Shown: piece after piece, positions 57,742-64,000 of the stretch
How positions within the stretch are numbered: position 1 is the first letter of the stretch
How the letters are laid out: every line of letters begins with the position of its first letter
Origin: Cyanidioschyzon merolae
Taxonomy: Eukaryota
Assembly: GCA_000091205.1 (NCBI GenBank)
Contig: AP006502.2
DNA: 64,000 bases
Direction: 5' to 3' (one strand)
The notes under the pieces: model-generated
The model's database searches: none
Seen by the model: the letters and a program-made list of their open reading frames with translations, nothing else
What the model was told of the DNA's origin: nothing
Program-made: the position numbers and the translations under genes

Positions 57742-59984
57742 AAGCCCGATCACGACAGGAGAAAGGCGAATCCCAGCCTCATGCCCAAGCGGGTCATGCG
57801 GCGGCGACCTCGTCTCTGTTCATGTGAGAATAAAATATGAACGGATCCTCTAACCTTGGCGGACACGCTAGATTTCAGGTCTGTTCGCATTGTCAACAAC
57901 TCCAGCTTTTGTGGACCTTTTCTCTGAGTGGTTCTTGTAGATCCTGCGTACCCCCGGCTTTAGATACATCTGTTTCTCTGTTTACGCCAGCTCCGTTGTC
58001 AGCAGTCAGACAATGTCCATGGCAATGTAGATGTCCCGATTACGCTGAATCCGGCTGTTGTGGACGCAGTTCGTATATGAACAGAATTTGGTATCTTCGC
58101 TTTGCTTGCCATCTGCATGTTCTTTGTATACAGCCTCTGTGCTCCCTACGCAGCGGTGCCACTTAACTGTGATCAGATGTACCCATACACCCATCGTGCC
58201 TCTTTTCCAGAAGGCTGCCCTCTGGCACGTCAACGCTGGCCTCATCGCGTGGTACATGCGCTTGACCGGCACAGCGGGGTTTACTGGATGCGCTCCTCCG
58301 TTTCCGCGCCCTGCGATCACGGGCTTCCTCTGGGCGATTACTTTGACGAACACACTGTCCTCTGCATTTGCAAATGCACCCTACTCCTATCGACAGAAAA
58401 GAGTTGTGAAGCACGAGCTTGTCTATCATGGAACGAGTGCCGAATGGAGATGCCAGGATGGAAAACAGGTCGAGTAAATTCGATCTATCTACGCTCCATT
58501 CATGCAAAGCGAGCGCACACTCTCCGCTGGTAGCGATTGTTGTGATGAATAAAGCCAGATTCCAAGAACCGTTCCACGGAAACAAAATATACGAGAGCTT
58601 GCGAGCGCATATTACGTTAGAGGCATATTCCTGATGTCGAAGAAGGTTGCATCTATGGCCGCAACAAGAGGAGAACTTGTCTTTCGAACGAAAACGATCA
58701 TTTGAACAGAGAAGTTCAGTGAGTTCCCGGCATTAGACGGTAAACAAATTTTCGATGAAAGACGTCGATCATTTTTTCAAGTCATGCCAGCGGCGCACAA
58801 TGCTGCGCCCACCAGTTGCCTCGAAACTGACCGATCAAAACCTCGAAGCATGTGCAATTTGAGCGTACTGCGCGCCAGGAAAGGAGCATCATAGAGTCTT
58901 TTGTGTGTAAATCGGATAATGATATCGGCTTTCTTACGAATCCTCGTTCGAGCACCTTGCGAACCAATTTGATTTCGGTGAACTAACGAGTTTCTGCGGC
59001 AGCGACAATTCGAAGAAGTGACTCCTTAAAACCACTCAGAATCTTATTACCAAGCATGAATCCCAAGCTTCTATTGATGCACTTCGAACCTCGAGTCCGT
59101 ATATCTAAGAACAACTTCGGACACGTCTCAAAGCACAAATCCAGCGCGCCATGCAATGCCCCACATTCACCTGACCTAGATGTGTCGCGCAACCGCGTTT
59201 CGCGTGCCCTGACCCCCGAGACATCCCGCATCGCCAACGAACGGCTGCGCGCATGCATGCGAGCGTTCCACAAGCGTATCACGCACCGGCAACGAACGCA
59301 TGCAGCAACGCTGGGACACGTGTTCACTCGAGAAACGCCCCGGGGCGCGACTGCCGCGTTCGGTGCGTTGCATGCCAGAGATTCCGAAACGCTTCCTGGC
59401 GCTGCGAGCCGCACGCAGTCTACGCGTTCGCAGTGGAGTTGCTGTCTGGGGTACTCGCGGGCATCCCAGAAGCAATGCATGCCTCCGAACAGCGCACAGT
59501 GGTTGCGGAAAACCTCGAGCTTTACAGACTTTATTGACGGTCTGGCTTCGTCGTTGTTGTTGTTGTTGATGATGATGATCGGAGGCAGTGAAGGACGCAC
59601 CCCCGCGCGCCTCACTCAACAACGACAACCGCTGCGCCCGTGTGCAGCGAACGCTCGATGCGTGCACCGGTGCTGGCGCTGCACGAAGCACTGCGCAAAT
59701 GCATGCAATGAACGCATTGCCACGAGCCGTGCGCACCTGAACGCACACACTGCGCACCCGAAAAGGAACCAGCGCTGATCAAACTGAACCAGACCGCAAC
59801 GCTGCACGCGTGATGCGCGGCACCAGCGAACGGGGCCTCGGGTGCGCGCTGGGGAACCCCCGGGGCGCCGCGCGTCGCAGCTTCTCTCGCGTGCTGCCCT
59901 GATGCCCCCAACCCGGAGTTCTTTTCAAGCAGAGCGCGGAGGACGTCCAAGTGCATGACGCTGCGGACGACGGTCCTTTCGCGT

Positions 59985-60521
59985 CTACTTCAAACGCTGT
60001 GCCAGCCAAGCGAATGCTTCTTGAAGGCCTTCACCGCGCTCCGCGCTTGTGCCCATAATGGTCCACGTACGCTCCAAATCCGCGAGCCCCAGACGCTCAC
60101 TGACTTCTGAAACCCGCGCTGCGTCAGGTACGTCCTGTTTGTTAGCTAGAACGAGTAAGACAGCACCCTGAAGCTCTGGTTCAGTTAAAATCGCGTGGAG
60201 CTCTTGCTTCGCGGTCAACATCCGCCCTTTGTCTGTGCTGTCCACAACAAAAACGATAGCCTCCTGGTTGAAAAAGTACGATCGCCAGTACGGCCTGATT
60301 GAGTCTTGACCACCGAGATCCCAGCACTGCATCTTAAGGCCGTGTACTTTCAGCGTTTCCAAGTTGAAACCCACAGTCGGGGTGTGCTTGAGACTGGAGT
60401 CCGGTTCCAGGAGCTTGTACAGGATCGTCGTCTTGCCTGCGTTATCCAGTCCCAGCACAAGAACTCGTACCTCCCGCGTGCCAAACAGGACGTAAACCAG
60501 CTTACTGAATAACTGACCCAT
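59985..60521 (-). CDS. ARF-like small GTPase (Arl family)
   Basis: ATG confirmed as cat at 60519-60521. MGQLFSKL (N-myristoylation Gly2), P-loop GLDNAGKTTIL, WDLGGQ, NKQD and the switch regions are all present. The protein is 178 aa. Confidence 0.9.
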   Translation of the reverse strand: MGQLFSKLVYVLFGTREVRVLVLGLDNAGKTTILYKLLEPDSSLKHTPTVGFNLETLKVHGLKMQCWDLGGQDSIRPYWRSYFFNQEAIVFVVDSTDKGRMLTAKQELHAILTEPELQGAVLLVLANKQDVPDAARVSEVSERLGLADLERTWTIMGTSAERGEGLQEAFAWLAQRLK

Positions 60522-60960
60522 TCTTCAGACAGCGACACGGTAACCGGCACCTACAGGCTCCCAGCACCCGTGCTCTTGCTTCTTCCTCGTCTTCTTCTAT
60601 TGCTGGGGCAGCGCTGCAGACGTGGCTCTCGGGGTCGTCCAGCGTCCCGTGTGTCCAGCGACGATAGCGGAACACTGGCGGGGGGCGTGTGCGCCCGTGG
60701 ACTGCGGATACAAGGGTCCCAAGCGACGCATTCCACGTTCGCGCTGAGTGGCGTTGAGGGCGTTTATACCCGCTTCTGCAGACTCTGGTGGACAGATTCA
60801 ACCTCCAGAGCGTATTCCGTTGAAAAGGTAGTCTAAAACGGGGAGAGACATAAAGTTGGGCACCAGGAGGCCAGCGACACGGCTCTGGGTACTCAGGGGC
60901 GCGTGGAGCAACGCTCTGCAGTGAAGATTTGCTGAACGTGCCGCGGGAACCCTTCTGGAG

Positions 60961-61725
60961 ATGTTGGCTTTCATCCCATCATTCAGCAAAAAGCCGCAGT
61001 TAAGCGGTGTAAGAGGAATCGAAACAGGTGCCCATCCGAGCGGCCGGCGACGGAGCGGTTTCTACCAGCGCAGAGCAGGAGTCGGTGCCCGAACGCTGCG
61101 CTCCGAGTCCGACGACCCGAGCGAACTCTTCGAAAGAATATCCTTGGATAAGCCCCGGCGTCTTTTTAGAGTCACAGCCGAGCCAGAAACAACCTCGAAC
61201 GGGATGTCCGCGTTGTCGCCGTCGGCCACGCAGCAGCATAATGGTGACGCTGTAGTTCTCTCGAACGAGCCAGACGCTTTGCAGAAGAGCGACGCCGAGC
61301 TCCGAGAAACCATCGAGCGACTCGGGCTTACGGAGGCGATCTTCGGAAACACATCCCAAACGGATAAGCAGGACAAGAACGCAGTTCCGCAACAGGTCAG
61401 CTTCGAGGAAATCAGTGCAATAAAGTGCTTCTACACAGCGCTGTTGGCCTGGTGCTTCAGTTGGCTAATGTGGAACGTGATGGGCTATCTGATTGTGAAA
61501 TTTGAGGCCCTTGGTCCGGTGTCGGACTGGTATGTCGTTCAGCGATTAACAGTGGTCTTCCGAGCGCTTGTCGTCGCGAGTTTTGCGATGGGATCTGGTC
61601 TCAGTTTCTTTACGGGTGCCGGGTTGGTGCTTCTCGGCGGTCGCGTGCTCTATAGTCGATCGCAACGGACAGGGCCTACCTCGGAGACGAGACCGGATTC
61701 CCGATCTGAAAGCGACGCCCTGTAA
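60961..61725 (+). CDS. hypothetical protein with two C-terminal hydrophobic segments
   Basis: ATG at 60961, 254 aa. Hydrophobic segments are CFYTALLAWCFSWLMWNVMGYLIV and VVFRALVVASFAMGSGLSFFTGAGLVLLGG. No family was recognised. Confidence 0.3.
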   Translation: MLAFIPSFSKKPQLSGVRGIETGAHPSGRRRSGFYQRRAGVGARTLRSESDDPSELFERISLDKPRRLFRVTAEPETTSNGMSALSPSATQQHNGDAVVLSNEPDALQKSDAELRETIERLGLTEAIFGNTSQTDKQDKNAVPQQVSFEEISAIKCFYTALLAWCFSWLMWNVMGYLIVKFEALGPVSDWYVVQRLTVVFRALVVASFAMGSGLSFFTGAGLVLLGGRVLYSRSQRTGPTSETRPDSRSESDAL

Positions 61726-62952
61726 GCGAAAGACGCCTCAACATGTCAACCGAATGATGGAATGCATCCTCAGTTACGGGGACACGGTGAACGCACCACC
61801 AGATCATAGAGCTGGGTTCGTCGGGCAGCGCCGTCACCACATTCGCCCGAATACTCAGAATGGTACGCGGTGCGGTTCCGCTTCTTCTGATGCGTTCGAT
61901 GCATCCTTCAAAAGTCGTTGAAAGAGCGCACCAATGGCGCCTCGGTATGTCCATCGACTCAGAAACCGCCGCATCACATGCTCAATATCACCGCGGATCA
62001 TGCCCGTGGCTGACTAGGTGTCATGTACACCACGGATACGTTGCCTCGTAGACGGATTCAGAGGCGCTTCGCTGGGCGACGTATTTTTGCGGCAGAACCG
62101 ATGGCAGTCACCAGATGTTCCCGAATACGCTCGTGCGAAAAGCCGGCAATCAGCGAGTGAGACCGCCGTTCAAAGGTTTCTGTTTTTCACTGGCTCCAGC
62201 TCAGTGTTCCCATTGGGAATAGCGGGTCAATCGATGCTGCCACCATTCGGATGCGAGGGTGCGAGCGCGGCGAATGGCCAACGCAAGACCCCCGCTGCGA
62301 CGCTCGATGCACCGTCACCGCAATGTCCACACAGAGACAGCACCGCTTCGCCATGGCGCTGCTGACGTTCGCTTCAGGTCCACCGAGCAAACATGCGCAC
62401 TACCCGAAGCGAGCCCGGAGCTGCGAACTTGTCGTCAACGGCATCGGGCACCCTAACCTGAACGATCATTTTTAAAGAGAGACAGAGATCTGGTGTCGCC
62501 GTCTTGCACGACGCGCTCGATCCAAAATGCACACGACGATCGACTGCGGACAGCATCGAGCACAAAGTGCCAACGCTCGCTACTACCAACCGCCTCCGCC
62601 TAGTGGCGCCTGTCAAGTCTGGTCTGTTCGGTACTCTGGATGCCAGCGAGGCCGCTCGTTCAACAACTGCAGTGCTGGTTCAACGAGTGCGCCGCTCAGC
62701 GTTCGCGACTCGTCCCGAAATACGGAAAGCGTTCTATTGCGATACCTCGCTCGCGGTTTCAAAAGGAAACAGGGACCTTGTTTAAGTGTGCATGATAGCA
62801 AGTCCGGAAAGCATCAATACAATCGCAACGATGCTTTCGGTGTTTGATCGAGCGCGGCGAAACGAGGCAGGGGCGCATGTACATCACCAGCCACCGAGCG
62901 CTCACTGCAACCGTCACGCAACGCACCGTCCTCGCGAGCGACATCCTCAGTT

Positions 62953-63582
62953 TTACTTGGTCTTCTTCCTCCTCTCAAGTTTCTTTAGATAAAACTCGAG
63001 CTCCTTGCCCTCGAGGATGTAGCCGTCAGCACGGCCACATTGCCCCGGCCGCGATGCAATGCACGCCAGCAAGCGACCCGAGTTGAATTGATCCTCGAGT
63101 GCTTTCTCTAGTGAGCGCTTCGCCTGTCGTGCTGCCAGCTTTGCCAATACGCTAGCACTGCGTTTCGCTTCCGTGGTGGTGCCGTCTGTGGCGTCTGCAG
63201 AACTTACCGCTTTCTTGCCCAGATCAATGCCGTAATGCTGAAAATACCACGTACGGAACGGTGTTGCATCGATGTGGACAATGGAGCCTTTGACCAGCGT
63301 ATTCGTGCGCACCAGCTCGTTATTGCTTGCGTTGTACACGACGCCAAGGATGCGCGTTTTTCGCGTCACACACTCCGACGCCCAGCTGTAGTTTCCCATC
63401 TCCAGCCGGAGTGCTCGGAACTTGAAGTGACCGCCCCGCACACGCAGCGGGCGAACAAGTTTCGGCCCCAGACGAGTGTTCGCCGGTGGCCGACCAAGCT
63501 CATACTTGCGCTTTTTCCGATGGATCTTACGCTTGCCGCCCGTAAGCCGGCGTTTATGGATCGAGTCACGCGAGATACCCAT
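62953..63582 (-). CDS. RPS8: 40S ribosomal protein S8 (eS8)
   Basis: ATG confirmed as cat at 63580-63582. [36 protein letters not shown]... is the canonical eS8 N-terminus, and the rest aligns through to the KK-rich C-terminus. Confidence 0.92.
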   Translation of the reverse strand: MGISRDSIHKRRLTGGKRKIHRKKRKYELGRPPANTRLGPKLVRPLRVRGGHFKFRALRLEMGNYSWASECVTRKTRILGVVYNASNNELVRTNTLVKGSIVHIDATPFRTWYFQHYGIDLGKKAVSSADATDGTTTEAKRSASVLAKLAARQAKRSLEKALEDQFNSGRLLACIASRPGQCGRADGYILEGKELEFYLKKLERRKKTK

Positions 63583-64000
63583 GGTACTTTGTCAACGCAG
63601 GTGCTTTTGCACGGATGAGAATGGTGCACAGCCGTATGACTCTTGCGTCACACCCCAGAAATAACAGCGTGCCTGGATTCGTTCAAGATTCGGAACAAGG
63701 TGACGTTTCGTCAGCGAGTCCCGGTTTAATGTGTGCGCCTCACGTACGTTGCACGTGAACGTAGTTCCCGGACCCGCGCTCGATCAAGTTCTGGTGTGTC
63801 GCTCGCGCCTGAACAGGTTGATGTTTCGCGGTGCGTAGCTTGTTATATTGCAAGGCTGTTAACACTGGGCGTCAACCAAGACAAACCTGCGCACAATCGG
63901 TATCAGGGTCAACAGGCTGGTCTTCTGTTCGCCTGACAAGAGCAGTAGCAGCATCTACCCAGGCGATCGGGTGTACCGCGGGCAGCGAGACGACGCCGCG

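Noticed and set aside
1-64000. CRISPR arrays, rRNA genes and prokaryotic operon structure
   Set aside because: No short regularly spaced direct repeats of 24-48 bp with unique spacers were seen. There are no rRNA-like conserved blocks. The gene structure is eukaryotic, with ribosomal proteins eS6 and eS8, an ARF-like GTPase, monocistronic spacing and low-complexity linkers.

Overview
GC-rich, gene-dense eukaryotic nuclear DNA with long uninterrupted ORFs, so introns appear rare. Gene content and style suggest a stramenopile, possibly an oomycete; this is inference only. The supplied ORF track accepts TTG, GTG and CTG as starts, so several listed 'M' starts are not ATG. I re-derived likely ATG starts where I could.

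Housekeeping genes recognised by protein motifs:
- a DDX10/Dbp4-like DEAD-box helicase
- a three-repeat Myb protein
- an ArAE/ALMT-like two-repeat membrane transporter
- a single ORF joining an adenylate-kinase domain to an NAD kinase domain
- a SETD3/SETD6-type SET methyltransferase
- a multi-TM class-3 (DAGL-like) lipase
- ribosomal proteins eS6 and eS8
- an ARF-like GTPase

The most unusual content is an accessory cluster at about 38.0-44.9 kb, with a second copy at 50.5-51.9 kb. It holds at least five degenerate copies of an element encoding a short TnpB/Fanzor-like RuvC nuclease. Each copy ends in a conserved tail with Tc1-like CAGTGTACAG termini. Two composite copies also carry remnants of a Tc1/mariner-type DDE transposase. 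Two copies are fused head-to-head into a 2.2 kb palindrome around position 43829. All nuclease copies are pseudogenised or truncated.

Other structure:
- a pair of ~1.4 kb direct repeats, roughly 97% identical, bracket a 10 kb block at 19.7-32.6 kb
- an 81-bp minisatellite sits inside that block
- a 75-bp coding tandem repeat lies inside nuclease copy B
- several trinucleotide microsatellites occur, some in coding sequence

No rRNA or CRISPR array was seen, and I cannot call tRNAs reliably by eye.
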